Below, piece after piece: positions 38,020 to 48,259 of a DNA stretch of 64,000 bases (position 1 is its first letter; the number at the start of each line of letters is the position of its first letter). Under the pieces are notes generated by a model. That model saw nothing but the letters and a program-made list of their open reading frames with translations. It was not told where the DNA came from and did not search any database. This DNA is from a virus. Made by a program: the position numbers and the translations under genes. The stretch lies in IMG/VR virus record IMGVR_UViG_3300005918_000012, one strand, 5' to 3'.

Positions 38020-41000
38020 ATGACGACAGAAGATACAAGAACACCAAAATTCTATGGACCTGATAATGTTCTCAGGACCGAATACATTTTTTCGACCGAT
38101 CAGTCGTTTCGTACTTTCACAGGAATTGTGGATGCTGACACTGTAGATGTCCAAGTCTCCCTTCGTGGGGGTGCTTTCACGTCTGATCCTGATATGGTTT
38201 CCTTTGAAGGGACAGAATTCATTATTCCTAACCCTTCCGCTTTCCCTGACGGCCTTCAACTTCTTCCGGGTGAGAACCCTATAGAAGTCCGAGCTGTTAT
38301 GTCCAACGGGAGTACATCCTCAATAGGAAGCATTCAAGCTAACCTATCCTTAGAACAGGATGTGAAAGCCGGAGTTATAGCTCCTAGTGGTATCTATGTC
38401 GAACGATTAGACCAATTGGTTCAGATATATGTGGATGGGCTTGTAGATACCAACGTCACAGGATATCAATTTTATGCTTCAACCGAACCTGGTGGTGGAG
38501 CTGTAGGGTATCGAAGGATCTCAATATCTCCAGTTATTTCTGGGGACACTTATGAAAAAACGGCTGACCTTGGGGAATTGAGTGTAGATGCTCAGGTTGC
38601 ACGGGATGAAGACGGAGAGATGCTCTCAGAGCCTCAGTATATTCATATGCTCAGTACTCAGGTTGACCGAACAGGGACAATCTTTCAAACAGATTTGAAT
38701 CAACGTATCAGTATACCTGATACCGTGGAGCAGTTTAGAACGAGTATTGCTTTTGAATCAGTGCAGGAACTCGAACGGTTTTCTTTTGTCCATAACCGAC
38801 AAGCTACCCCCCTGATAACAGAGACTTACCCAGCTGTCCCTTATGCAGATTTTTCAACTTTGTTGGATACTGACCCGATATATTATGTGGTCACGGCTCT
38901 CTATGTGATTGATGAGAAAGAATATGAATCAGCTTATTCTCCCGAAGTGTCTGCTACTCCTATTATAGTATCTCCTTTGGTGTCGTCTTTACCATCAGTT
39001 TCCCGACAGCAGATTGTTCAGGATGTCACTTTATCTATTCACCGGTCACACCCTGAATTGGATGTGAAGCCCGGTGCTATGATTCGGGACGTATTTGTAG
39101 ACCCATTCTCAACAGAAGCTGAACGTATCCGATTTATCTTGGGGTTCGTCCAATCTTGTCAGGCATTCTCTACATTACTTGATATTGATGACCCTAACAA
39201 TACAGGAACGTCACTTGAAGTAACTAACTCTCCATATAAACTAGCTTTGAAACAGGCTTTCTATCTGCAATCCAACATAGATGTGCAGAATATGATTGAC
39301 AATGCATTCGACAAACTGGCTTCTCAACGGGGGGCTGTTAGATTGATTGGTAAGCGTTCTCGTGGTGAAATCACAGCCTACGTTACAACCAAGCCTGTCA
39401 CTTCTATATTTGTTCCTCTAGGTTCTGTTGTTACGGCAGGTACTCAAACATTCAGGACTACCTCTGCTGGTTATATTACTTCGACAGGCATCGGATCATC
39501 TTATGATCCTGTTACAGGCCGATATTTCATTCAGTTATTCATTCAAGCTGCTGACACAGGCACGGGTGGAAATTTAGCTGCTGGTCAAATCAGGTCTTTC
39601 CAAGGCGGTCCTGCAGGAGTTTTATGTTATAACTCCGTTGCAACCTACGGTGGTCGGGATGCTGAAACTAATCATCAGTTGGCCACTAGGGCTGACGGTG
39701 TTCTTTCTAGTGTAGATACAGGGACTTACCGTGGATATGTCCAGACCACAAACGATATTAGTGGTGTGTTGGAAAATACCGTAGTAGATGCAGGGCATTC
39801 TTTGATGCTTCGAGATTACAACCCTGAAACTGAAAAACACACAGGTGGTAAAATAGATGTGTGGATACGTGGTGAAAATCTGGCCACAATTAAAGACAGT
39901 TTTGCTTTTTCCTTTGAGATTGTGAACCGAGGTCAATTTGAACCTCTTGGTTCATTAGCAGACCTTCGATTCCGAGCGGTCAACTCAAACTTGTCAGTTG
40001 ACAACCCCATCATGGAGATGTTGGATAATGAAGCTTGGGGATTTATGTTTGCTGATGATACCACAGGCAAAATATTTGATCTCACTGATGTCGAGATTTT
40101 GACTTATGACACAATTCAGTTATCGGCTGATTACAATGACCCGGAGAATATTGCTCTGACAGACGTGTTCCGAGGATCATACCGGTATCGAACGAGCAGT
40201 GCTTATGTCTTCCAGCGTCAACCAGTACGATCCCTGACCAGCTTGGTCGGAACTACTGGGACTGTAGACCCTGATTATTACAAGCTTTTTGCAGGCAGCC
40301 CGCCTTTGGATTTAGGGCGTTCTGAGGAATCGGGTGATTACTTACAGGTAGTTCAACCTGTGGGTGAATACATTTCGATCCCTTCTGGTGATCCTATTGA
40401 GGTTTCCGATGAACGCCACGTCTTGTTAGATGGGACTGAGTATCTGGATAACCTTGGGATTAATCCAATCACGGTTCGAGTTTATAACGTGGAAAGGTCT
40501 ATAGAATATTATGGTCCTTATCATCCTGATGGAGAACCTGATTATTCATTCGTGGATGAGTCTGGTGATTACCCATTAGGCATCGTACCTACTACTTTGA
40601 GTAGATTTACAGAAGGTCAAACGATTTCAGTAGATTACAGCCACGATGAGAACTTTGTTGTTACTTATGTAGTCAACTCCTTAGTTGGGACAGCCCAGCA
40701 GGATCTTGATGCTACTCGGAATATTATGGCCGATGTTCTGGCCAAAGACTCTTTCCCGATTGGGGTTGATATTACTGCAACTATCGTCACCACGAGTAGC
40801 ACGGCAAGTAGTAATGTGACTGTTGTGGATAGTAATGTTCGGACAGAACTCTCTCGGTTGTTCGGTACTTTCAGTCAGGGGACTCCTGTTAGGCAATCGG
40901 ATATTATCAAGGTTATAGATAAAGTTGATGGTGTTTCCTATGTCGTTGTACCTTTAACTGAGATGAAGCGTACAGACGGCTCTCAGGCTCTTTTAGAACC

Positions 41001-41547
41001 TGTTTTGACAGACACTGAGATTGATTTCACAGAGATCACGTATTGGGCTACGGATTTGATTAAGGTTTACATTCTGGAGAATCAGTTAGAGTCCGGATGC
41101 GTCAATGGTGGTGGTGAGTTTAATGAAACTAAAGGGGTCTATTTTAATTATATTTCCTTGGAAACATACAACACGACTCCAGATGCTCACGGCATTCCGT
41201 TGAATCGGAGTACCTACGGTGCTTACATCATCGGAAATGATGGCATGAATATTCAAGGTTACAGTGATGATGCAACTTTAGCTCTCCTTTATCCGTTTGC
41301 TACGGATGCTGAACTCTATCAGCATCGAATTGATCTTACGGCAAACAGGGTGTTAGTGGCACTTCCTACAGCCGTGACTCCTTTAGATAATGATTTCTTA
41401 GTAACTTATGTGGTGTCTGGTGATACAGGGGTGAAGAATATTAACCCTAACTCCATTCAATACCTCCAACTGGGGGATTTAGATTTCACTTATGATGAGG
41501 ATACAGATTCCTCGTTAATGGTTAGCGGAGGGCGTCGGAGTACCTAA
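38020..41547 (+). CDS. Baseplate J-like wedge (P2 gpJ / T4 gp6 class) with N-terminal Ig/FN3-like domains
   Basis: DVKPGAMIRD; DKLASQRGAVR; VPLGSVV...FRTT; QAADTGTGGN; GGRDAETNHQL; GKIDVWI; late IDKVDGVSYV. FN3-like APSG...VTGYQFY...YYVVTA...ESAYSPEVSATP. ATG 38020 has a GGAG SD (track starts at 37999). Confidence 0.88.
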   Translation: MTTEDTRTPKFYGPDNVLRTEYIFSTDQSFRTFTGIVDADTVDVQVSLRGGAFTSDPDMVSFEGTEFIIPNPSAFPDGLQLLPGENPIEVRAVMSNGSTSSIGSIQANLSLEQDVKAGVIAPSGIYVERLDQLVQIYVDGLVDTNVTGYQFYASTEPGGGAVGYRRISISPVISGDTYEKTADLGELSVDAQVARDEDGEMLSEPQYIHMLSTQVDRTGTIFQTDLNQRISIPDTVEQFRTSIAFESVQELERFSFVHNRQATPLITETYPAVPYADFSTLLDTDPIYYVVTALYVIDEKEYESAYSPEVSATPIIVSPLVSSLPSVSRQQIVQDVTLSIHRSHPELDVKPGAMIRDVFVDPFSTEAERIRFILGFVQSCQAFSTLLDIDDPNNTGTSLEVTNSPYKLALKQAFYLQSNIDVQNMIDNAFDKLASQRGAVRLIGKRSRGEITAYVTTKPVTSIFVPLGSVVTAGTQTFRTTSAGYITSTGIGSSYDPVTGRYFIQLFIQAADTGTGGNLAAGQIRSFQGGPAGVLCYNSVATYGGRDAETNHQLATRADGVLSSVDTGTYRGYVQTTNDISGVLENTVVDAGHSLMLRDYNPETEKHTGGKIDVWIRGENLATIKDSFAFSFEIVNRGQFEPLGSLADLRFRAVNSNLSVDNPIMEMLDNEAWGFMFADDTTGKIFDLTDVEILTYDTIQLSADYNDPENIALTDVFRGSYRYRTSSAYVFQRQPVRSLTSLVGTTGTVDPDYYKLFAGSPPLDLGRSEESGDYLQVVQPVGEYISIPSGDPIEVSDERHVLLDGTEYLDNLGINPITVRVYNVERSIEYYGPYHPDGEPDYSFVDESGDYPLGIVPTTLSRFTEGQTISVDYSHDENFVVTYVVNSLVGTAQQDLDATRNIMADVLAKDSFPIGVDITATIVTTSSTASSNVTVVDSNVRTELSRLFGTFSQGTPVRQSDIIKVIDKVDGVSYVVVPLTEMKRTDGSQALLEPVLTDTEIDFTEITYWATDLIKVYILENQLESGCVNGGGEFNETKGVYFNYISLETYNTTPDAHGIPLNRSTYGAYIIGNDGMNIQGYSDDATLALLYPFATDAELYQHRIDLTANRVLVALPTAVTPLDNDFLVTYVVSGDTGVKNINPNSIQYLQLGDLDFTYDEDTDSSLMVSGGRRST

Positions 41548-44500
41548 TGGCTGATAAACCACAAGATAAAAATCTATTTCCGTCTTCTATTCCTCAGAAC
41601 CCATCTTCTCTGAAAGATAGCCAAGATCGAAAAAATGCTGTCCGGAGTCAAGTTGATCGGATTATGTCAGCATTTATGAAAGTGCTGCCGAGTAACCTGG
41701 TCTCTCAGGTATCCGGTCCATTCTACTCCCTTCAGTTCCAGTCAGCAGCCGAGGAAATTGCTGATTTCCAGATAACTGCTCAGGAAATGATGGCTGATGC
41801 TTTTACTGATTACACTCGACCTGAATATCTCTGGCAGATTATTGGCTCTCTGGTATTTCCAGATGCCAAAACTGATGGATGGCCTGACATTGAGGGTGAT
41901 TTATCATACCGTGATTTCCTTCAAAGAATGGTGCTGCTCCTTCTTCAAGGGGCAAGGCCGGATGTTATCAAGGACGGAATTGAGTTACTGACAGACGCTA
42001 CGGTTGAAGTAATTGAACGTGGCATCGAAGCCCGGAAACTCAAAGGAACATCAGCTTGGAAGGGTGATGATCAGTTCACCTTCGAGATTAACATCAGTGA
42101 AGAAGCCGGTACAGTTGATATCGATGGGGTGGATATCCCTATTCAGAAATTCCCTTCTGACGACCCCTTCAAGTTAGCTCGGAATGTTCAGATAGTTCTG
42201 AGAGCTCTAAAGCCCGGGCATACTTTATACGACTACAGACATTTATTCTATGATTCATTCCAGACGTTGTTCACAGATACTTGGTCATATGATTTTTCAA
42301 CCTACCATTATCAAGATTTCCGTCGTTTTTGGTTAGGTGCCAAGAGTGTGACTGGAACGGCTGGGGAAACTCTGGTTGATAAAACTTTGTTCACGGATAC
42401 AACACGGGATTTCACATCTATTCAACCCGGAGCTATCCTGACGATTCTGGATGGACCGAACTCCCTTCATGTAGGGACAAATGACGGAATCCCTGTCCAA
42501 GTACCCGAAGATTACACAGGGAACTTCCGAGTAGACGAAATTCTTTTCTTCCCTGTTGGGGATGATTCTGTTCCACGAGCATATACTACTTCACCAACAC
42601 TGTTAACCGGAACGGCTACTGTAGTTGGTGATGAGTTAAACGATCCTTACCAGAATTGGGCAAATGCTGTTGAGGGAGAGACCCTCACATTTACAGCCGG
42701 ACCGAACTCAGGTTCATACAGATTGAAGACCGTAGCAGGCGTAAACGGTGGTCCTGTTGGTTTTGTTACTGAGTCATCTACCAAAGTAAAAATAGCTCCT
42801 AGTATCCTACGGTTATCAAGAAGGATGGCTCAAGCAGCTGAGGGTCAGACTTATCAAGTTGATGTTGATCGGTTAGGTGTTCAGACACCTCGTCAAGTAG
42901 AAGTAGAGGATGCCAGTGTTTCCTTTATAGGTTCTTCTGGTACCCGTGATTACATCATGACTCAACGTGGCCCACTGACTAAAGATTGGGGTGATGGGAC
43001 TCCGGCCACGAAACAAGATGTGGAAGTTTCAGTAGATGGTTCTGTAGTTGCGGTATCTGAGGTCAATCCTTATTTAGGTAAAATCACTTTAGCTACCCCG
43101 ATTGCATTAAGCACCCCACCACCTGAAGTCAAAGTAAATTATTACTGGATGGCCACTCCTATGATAGGTCTGGCCGGGCTTAATACTTCAGGCTTAGTGT
43201 TGAACCAGTGGGATAGACAAGCTGGCCACACAATGCCAGCTAATCATGGGCAGCCTCCTTTAGGACCGTTACATACACCACCACAACCTCCACAAAGTCC
43301 TATTGCTGAGGATGATGAGATACCAACACGATTCCCAATGGGGATTGTCTTAGGACCGATTGGCCGTCCTGCACCATTGCAGATTGGCCATAGATATATT
43401 GGTTTCGAGAGAGATGCCTCTTCTCTGTTGAATGATCCTACAAGTATGGTTTTGAATCAAAATCCTTTCCAGACCGCTGAGGATGACTTTGAACGGACAA
43501 TGACCGGTGAGACAGTTGCTTATGAAGGAACTGAAATCCCGGTAGAGTCTTCTCCAATATGGTTGCTGGAAGGTCAAGATAATGGCTATGTAGATGTCGG
43601 CCTTGGAACTTACACCTTGATAGATGCTCTGCCGGCTGAATTTGAGCCTGACCTCCGAACTGTGACAATGTATCATCGGGAAACGGATCTTACTTTCCCA
43701 GCAGCAGCTACTTTAGCTGCTAGATTTATTGTTGAAGATTACACCCTTGAAGGAGTATTTACCGGCATAGGGTTCGGACTCCACGATAACCATAACTTAT
43801 ATCAAGTAGGACTCCTAGTTATAAATGGTGTCCGGCATCTTGGTGTTTTGTCTGATCCGAAGAAACTTGAGCTTCGTGAGGCTTGGATTTTAGGTCCCAC
43901 GTCAGCTTCTTCTGTGTCAGGTGCTCATATAATCAGTATTAATACTGATTTAGTTCCGCTTGGTTTCCAATCTGGGATGCAATTTCAGATTTTCGACCAT
44001 GCTCAAGCTGGTGTTTATACTGCTACCTCTGTTGTTCATCAATGTGAGGGTTCTACTACAATCACCGTCGAGGAAGCCTTCCCAGCAGACTTTAAACTAT
44101 GGGATCAGGACAATCCAGAGGTCGTGTTCGAAGTACGTTGGGACGAGCATCCTCTAACTTACCGTTTTGTAGCAGACCTTGAGAATGAGATTGCTTCTTT
44201 AGAGATATCAGGAGAGATATCAGCAACGGCTTTTGATCTGAATGGGGTAACAAACCCTTGGCCTGTTCCGTCTGAGTCGGCTCTGGTTCTGGATACCTCC
44301 GGTACAGGCCAAGCATTCTGGGGTTCTCTGAGTTATCTTGCAGCTAATCAGACGAAATGGTCATTTTTCCGTTATGGGATTACCCCAGATTTTACGACTT
44401 TGAATGTACCAGCTATTGTTGTTCAGACAGAAATGGGCGTCATTCCTCAAGATAATCCTGACTATCCTTGGTTTACTACTCAGTCCTTCGGTACAGGGGT

Positions 44501-47393
44501 GATTGACCAGACAGGAGATACTCTCCTTCTTAAATCTCCTGTAGCCAGTGAGACTTTGGAATACACATTTGGATTCTCTCGGCTGGAACCCTTCATGAAT
44601 GAAGGTGCAGGCGTTGATGTTCGAGCAGAGTTTCGATTAGACTCTGGTGTTTTAGGGTCTGGGGATGCTGAACTCGTTATCAATAATGGAACTAAAGAGG
44701 TTCGATTAGCTACCCTTCTATATGCCGAAGGATACTCCGGGACAGAATACCGTCGATTGTTCTCTATCCCTACGGTCACTATGGCTGGTCTTCAAGACCC
44801 AGACCAACAGGACTGGGAGATTATTTCGGGATCAGATGCCACAGTTCTCCGAAGTGAATATGACCTTATTATTACACAAGGAGCTGACCAGACTCAACGG
44901 TATCGAGCATACCTCGATCTTACTGATTTCACTGTGGATTCTGGTTATCGTATTGTAGAATCTCAGATCGGTGTGGACGATTACACAGCAGATTCCAGTG
45001 ATCTGACAGGCATCTTTTTCCAAGCAGATATTGGACCGACCCACTCAATGAATTTGAGACTCAAGGCCGGAACAACTCCAACTATTCAAATGCTTGATCT
45101 AGCCGGTACCATTGTTCATGAATATGACTTTGATTGGACAGATGAGGAAACCCACACTTACAGAGTTGTAGGTGCTACAGGAGCCTTGTCAGTATTCGTT
45201 GATGATGTGTTAATGCTCCCTACCTTGGATATAGCTTTGTTCTCAGGAGGTTCTGGGACAAACACTACTATTCTGTTTGGGGCTACAAGCCTTACAGGTA
45301 TTTCAAGTACTGTTCGGTGGAGGACAATATCCTATCATCCAACTCCTGCTGCGGGATGTTTCCGGACGGTGGGTATTTGGAATGGTGGGGAAAAAGATCA
45401 TATCAATTCCTGGGAAATCCCTCGGATAGATACCTCTACAGCTCCAAACTCAGCTCAGGTTGGACCGAGTGTTGTAGAGATGGATTGGCTTTCAGATCAG
45501 GAGTTTAGACTCCTTCTGAACCCTGACTGGGGTGTTACGATGTACCGGCCTGACCTTAGCCTTCCTCCGTATTACCAACCGGAGTCGGATGTGGTCGGGA
45601 CAGGCTTCATTAATCAAACGAACGAACCTTCCGCTGGGTGGATCAACCTTCAATATTCTCAGCTGCCTGATGTGGATCAAACCTTTGGCTCGATTGAGTT
45701 CGGATCTTTTGATACTCAGTCTGTCACTCAACAGAGATGGAGTTGGGTCAGGTATCGAATCTTTAAGGCTCTGACAAATGATTTCATAGCCCCTCAACAT
45801 ATGATCCTTAACTATGCCAACGTCATTACCAGCGGAGAGCTGACCAAAGACATAACGATGGAGAATGTCATCGTGCAGACGATTGATACTCGTCGGGTGT
45901 CTCTGTTGCCAACTCACCTGTATGCTGAGGATATTTACAAGATTGTGGATGAGGGGACTATTTATACTCGGGAGTCTTGGACTTTTGACCCAGAAACTCA
46001 GTTGATTATGTTGGGTCAAGATGCCAACTACAACGATCTGTATTTCTCTGGGGAACATGTCCCAGTTACTATTATTTTCCAGGCAGGTAAACCTGTTACC
46101 ACAACTTATCTTGAGAATCAGCCTCTGGCCGATAGTGTGACTCGATTGAATGAGGGTACTCCCCCAATTCCGTTGCATCAATCCAATGGCATTGACAAGG
46201 AGATCATTTATAGGGATCTTTTAAACGACCCTTATGACCCGACAGACACCAGTGTGATGGATAATCCTTATAGGGTTCTGGAACATGAAGTTGATGCTGA
46301 AACCTTGTATGAGTCTATGCAGTTCATGGAAATCTCAAATGGTGGCCAGAGGGGCCTAATAAAGATTGCAGGAGAAGGAACTCTCCCCGAAGGTTTCTCT
46401 GGATACTCTGAAACTGAAGGAAAAGCAGTCGGTGCTTATGTTTTAGAAACGTCAGGTACAAAGTTCAACGAGAAAGCAGCTTTCCCTAAACCAGAGCCTT
46501 TTGAACAAGGCGGAGGCTCTCCAGGTCAGACTCTGTTCTGTAGTGGTGGAGATTATATGGGGCCGACAGCCGTAAATATTGGTACCGTTGGGAGTCCTGT
46601 TTGGGTAGCTGGGGTGGATGCTCCTTTAGGTGGAGTTCTTGGTCCAGGTTCTGCTATCTTAAATCCGAACTTCCCCTCTGAAAATGCAACTCGTGGAAAA
46701 GATGAAGGTAAAGTTAATCGAAGTACTGAATGGTACATGAGAATTGACCCGTTGACAGAAACAATTCAATGGCCTTTGATGGATAATACTCCCCCAAGCG
46801 GCCCCCCAGAAGACGACCCTAATATTAACGGAACCCCAAACCCAAGTGGTGATGGTGCTTGTTTAGCAGTCTTGACAGGTGGTTCTGGTTACTCTGAGGT
46901 TGAGACAGATTGGTGGTTCTGGGAATCTTTAGTAGATGAGCCAGGTGTAGGGTATTTATTGTTCCCTGGAACTCTTACTGACGGCACTCAAGTAACAATA
47001 CGAAATGAATCTCTTTCTATAGAAGCTACTTTCACAGCTAGGGCGATTCCCGTAGGACCAAACGACTTTGGTATTTTAATTAACCCTAATGAAAATCTGG
47101 CTGAGATTATTAGTGGGAACCCATTTCATGTGCCACCTATTAGCCCTAACCCTGTTATCAGCCCTTATGTTACGGCTACCGCAACGATGGTGGGTATGGT
47201 AAAGGCAGTGAAAATTACTGCTGTTAATCCGATTACAATAACTAATATTCTGGTTTTAGAAACCAGTGATCCGAATAGAATTGGTTTATCGGGTGTTGTT
47301 TTTGATGGTCCAGAATCAGGAAGTTTAGGCGGTGATGTTTTGCCTCCAGGGGTAGAAGTCAGTTTCACAATTTATGCCGCTACAGGGGTTTAA
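41547..47393 (+). CDS. Baseplate wedge partner (P2 gpI / T4 gp7 class N-terminus) with long beta-rich, LamG/ConA-like extension (1948 aa)
   Basis: YRDFLQRMVLLLLQGA...IKDGIELL...RALKPGHTLY resembles the KPAHT motif of the gene following baseplate J; later DWTDEETHTYRVV....LSVFVDD is LamG-like. Confidence 0.7.
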   Translation: MADKPQDKNLFPSSIPQNPSSLKDSQDRKNAVRSQVDRIMSAFMKVLPSNLVSQVSGPFYSLQFQSAAEEIADFQITAQEMMADAFTDYTRPEYLWQIIGSLVFPDAKTDGWPDIEGDLSYRDFLQRMVLLLLQGARPDVIKDGIELLTDATVEVIERGIEARKLKGTSAWKGDDQFTFEINISEEAGTVDIDGVDIPIQKFPSDDPFKLARNVQIVLRALKPGHTLYDYRHLFYDSFQTLFTDTWSYDFSTYHYQDFRRFWLGAKSVTGTAGETLVDKTLFTDTTRDFTSIQPGAILTILDGPNSLHVGTNDGIPVQVPEDYTGNFRVDEILFFPVGDDSVPRAYTTSPTLLTGTATVVGDELNDPYQNWANAVEGETLTFTAGPNSGSYRLKTVAGVNGGPVGFVTESSTKVKIAPSILRLSRRMAQAAEGQTYQVDVDRLGVQTPRQVEVEDASVSFIGSSGTRDYIMTQRGPLTKDWGDGTPATKQDVEVSVDGSVVAVSEVNPYLGKITLATPIALSTPPPEVKVNYYWMATPMIGLAGLNTSGLVLNQWDRQAGHTMPANHGQPPLGPLHTPPQPPQSPIAEDDEIPTRFPMGIVLGPIGRPAPLQIGHRYIGFERDASSLLNDPTSMVLNQNPFQTAEDDFERTMTGETVAYEGTEIPVESSPIWLLEGQDNGYVDVGLGTYTLIDALPAEFEPDLRTVTMYHRETDLTFPAAATLAARFIVEDYTLEGVFTGIGFGLHDNHNLYQVGLLVINGVRHLGVLSDPKKLELREAWILGPTSASSVSGAHIISINTDLVPLGFQSGMQFQIFDHAQAGVYTATSVVHQCEGSTTITVEEAFPADFKLWDQDNPEVVFEVRWDEHPLTYRFVADLENEIASLEISGEISATAFDLNGVTNPWPVPSESALVLDTSGTGQAFWGSLSYLAANQTKWSFFRYGITPDFTTLNVPAIVVQTEMGVIPQDNPDYPWFTTQSFGTGVIDQTGDTLLLKSPVASETLEYTFGFSRLEPFMNEGAGVDVRAEFRLDSGVLGSGDAELVINNGTKEVRLATLLYAEGYSGTEYRRLFSIPTVTMAGLQDPDQQDWEIISGSDATVLRSEYDLIITQGADQTQRYRAYLDLTDFTVDSGYRIVESQIGVDDYTADSSDLTGIFFQADIGPTHSMNLRLKAGTTPTIQMLDLAGTIVHEYDFDWTDEETHTYRVVGATGALSVFVDDVLMLPTLDIALFSGGSGTNTTILFGATSLTGISSTVRWRTISYHPTPAAGCFRTVGIWNGGEKDHINSWEIPRIDTSTAPNSAQVGPSVVEMDWLSDQEFRLLLNPDWGVTMYRPDLSLPPYYQPESDVVGTGFINQTNEPSAGWINLQYSQLPDVDQTFGSIEFGSFDTQSVTQQRWSWVRYRIFKALTNDFIAPQHMILNYANVITSGELTKDITMENVIVQTIDTRRVSLLPTHLYAEDIYKIVDEGTIYTRESWTFDPETQLIMLGQDANYNDLYFSGEHVPVTIIFQAGKPVTTTYLENQPLADSVTRLNEGTPPIPLHQSNGIDKEIIYRDLLNDPYDPTDTSVMDNPYRVLEHEVDAETLYESMQFMEISNGGQRGLIKIAGEGTLPEGFSGYSETEGKAVGAYVLETSGTKFNEKAAFPKPEPFEQGGGSPGQTLFCSGGDYMGPTAVNIGTVGSPVWVAGVDAPLGGVLGPGSAILNPNFPSENATRGKDEGKVNRSTEWYMRIDPLTETIQWPLMDNTPPSGPPEDDPNINGTPNPSGDGACLAVLTGGSGYSEVETDWWFWESLVDEPGVGYLLFPGTLTDGTQVTIRNESLSIEATFTARAIPVGPNDFGILINPNENLAEIISGNPFHVPPISPNPVISPYVTATATMVGMVKAVKITAVNPITITNILVLETSDPNRIGLSGVVFDGPESGSLGGDVLPPGVEVSFTIYAATGV

Positions 47394-47394
47394 G

Positions 47395-47429
47395 TTGGTA
47401 ATACCTCTATCTTAACCACCCTTGTAGGA
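47395..47429 (+). promoter_or_regulatory. Putative phage late-promoter motif, copy 3
   Basis: TTGGT-AATACCTC-TATC-N12-GTAGGA immediately after the 47393 stop. Confidence 0.55.
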
Positions 47430-47448
47430 ACTTATAAAGGAAAAGATT

Positions 47449-47646
47449 ATGTTTTTTAAAGAACGGATGAAAAATATGAGTCAGGGGATGAAATCTATGT
47501 TGCAATCTCGTTATGAAGAGGTCGTCCCGTTGATGTCTAAAGCTAACGGGTCATTTCGTCTGAAAATGTGGGATGCCAAGACAGGGGAAATATTAGTAGA
47601 GTGGGATAAACTTAATAAAAAAAGGATTAAGTCATGTTTGATGTGA
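47449..47646 (+). pseudogene. Truncated 5' fragment homologous to the start of the 47634 gene
   Basis: Own SD (AAAGGA, 7 nt before ATG); encodes KMWDAKTGEILVEW, identical to the next ORF, then ends after running into that gene's SD. Confidence 0.65.
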
Positions 47647-47732
47647 ATGAGAGAGGATTAACAAGATCTGCAAAAGGTCGTTTTTTTGTGAAAATGTGGG
47701 ATGCTAAAACAGGGGAAATATTAGTAGAGTGG
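47561..47732 (+). repeat. 44-bp direct repeat, 42/44 identical, 128 nt apart
   Basis: 47561-47604 vs 47689-47732; both differences are synonymous (GCC/GCT, AAG/AAA). Confidence 0.95.
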
Positions 47733-48224
47733 AATAGACCTCAAGTAATCACATTAGATGCTGGAATTCAGGCAGCCGGGTTGTTTAAGAACAGTTTGGA
47801 GCCTACAGCATTAGCTAGTAACGGTATTGCAATGTTGGCTATTGGGACAGGAGCCGCAGGTAACCCTATAAACCCAGATGCTCCTGACGAACGTCAACGG
47901 GCATTGAATATTGAGACAACTCGTAAAGCTTTTTCATCCAGTCAGTTCAGAACTGCTGCTGGTGTTGCTGTTGCTTATCCGACGAACATTGTGGATTTCA
48001 CGACTGTTTATGGAGAAGCTGAGGCTGTTGGTGCTTTGAATGAGATGGCTTTGATACGTCCAGCCACCCCTGCAAATCCAATCCCAGCAGCATTCGGCGG
48101 TGTTGATTATGATGCTACATTTGACACCGCTAGCTATGATCTGATGGCTAATTACCTGACATTCGGAGTAATCACGAAGCCCTCGACGGCCATTTTGTCG
48201 ATAACGTGGCGGTTAACATTCTAA
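47634..48224 (+). CDS. Tail fibre attachment / collar-fibre N-terminal-like protein
   Basis: VITLDAG...LAIGTG...L..E..RK...F...Y...EAVGALNEMAL...TF.VI.K......ITWRLTF pattern typical of small genes between wedge and fibre genes. Confidence 0.65.
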   Translation: MFDVNERGLTRSAKGRFFVKMWDAKTGEILVEWNRPQVITLDAGIQAAGLFKNSLEPTALASNGIAMLAIGTGAAGNPINPDAPDERQRALNIETTRKAFSSSQFRTAAGVAVAYPTNIVDFTTVYGEAEAVGALNEMALIRPATPANPIPAAFGGVDYDATFDTASYDLMANYLTFGVITKPSTAILSITWRLTF

Positions 48225-48259
48225 TTTGCCGAATTATGAAAACCGTCAGAAGGTGAGAT

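Noticed and set aside
45492-46181. 229-aa antisense ORF and the many other short overlapping ORFs in the track
   Set aside because: All are nested in long, motif-supported genes, lack recognisable motifs and are expected as shadows of codon bias.
5248-47393. Type VI secretion system or canonical PVC/Afp-type eCIS locus
   Set aside because: No TssJLM membrane complex, ClpV or Afp15-like ATPase is visible; a long tape measure, multiple fibre genes and overall scale fit a large phage better, though a capsid-less element is not formally excluded.
47561-47732. 44-bp repeat pair as a diversity-generating retroelement TR/VR
   Set aside because: Too short, differences are synonymous and not confined to adenines of one copy, it lies at a gene 5' end, and no reverse transcriptase is present.
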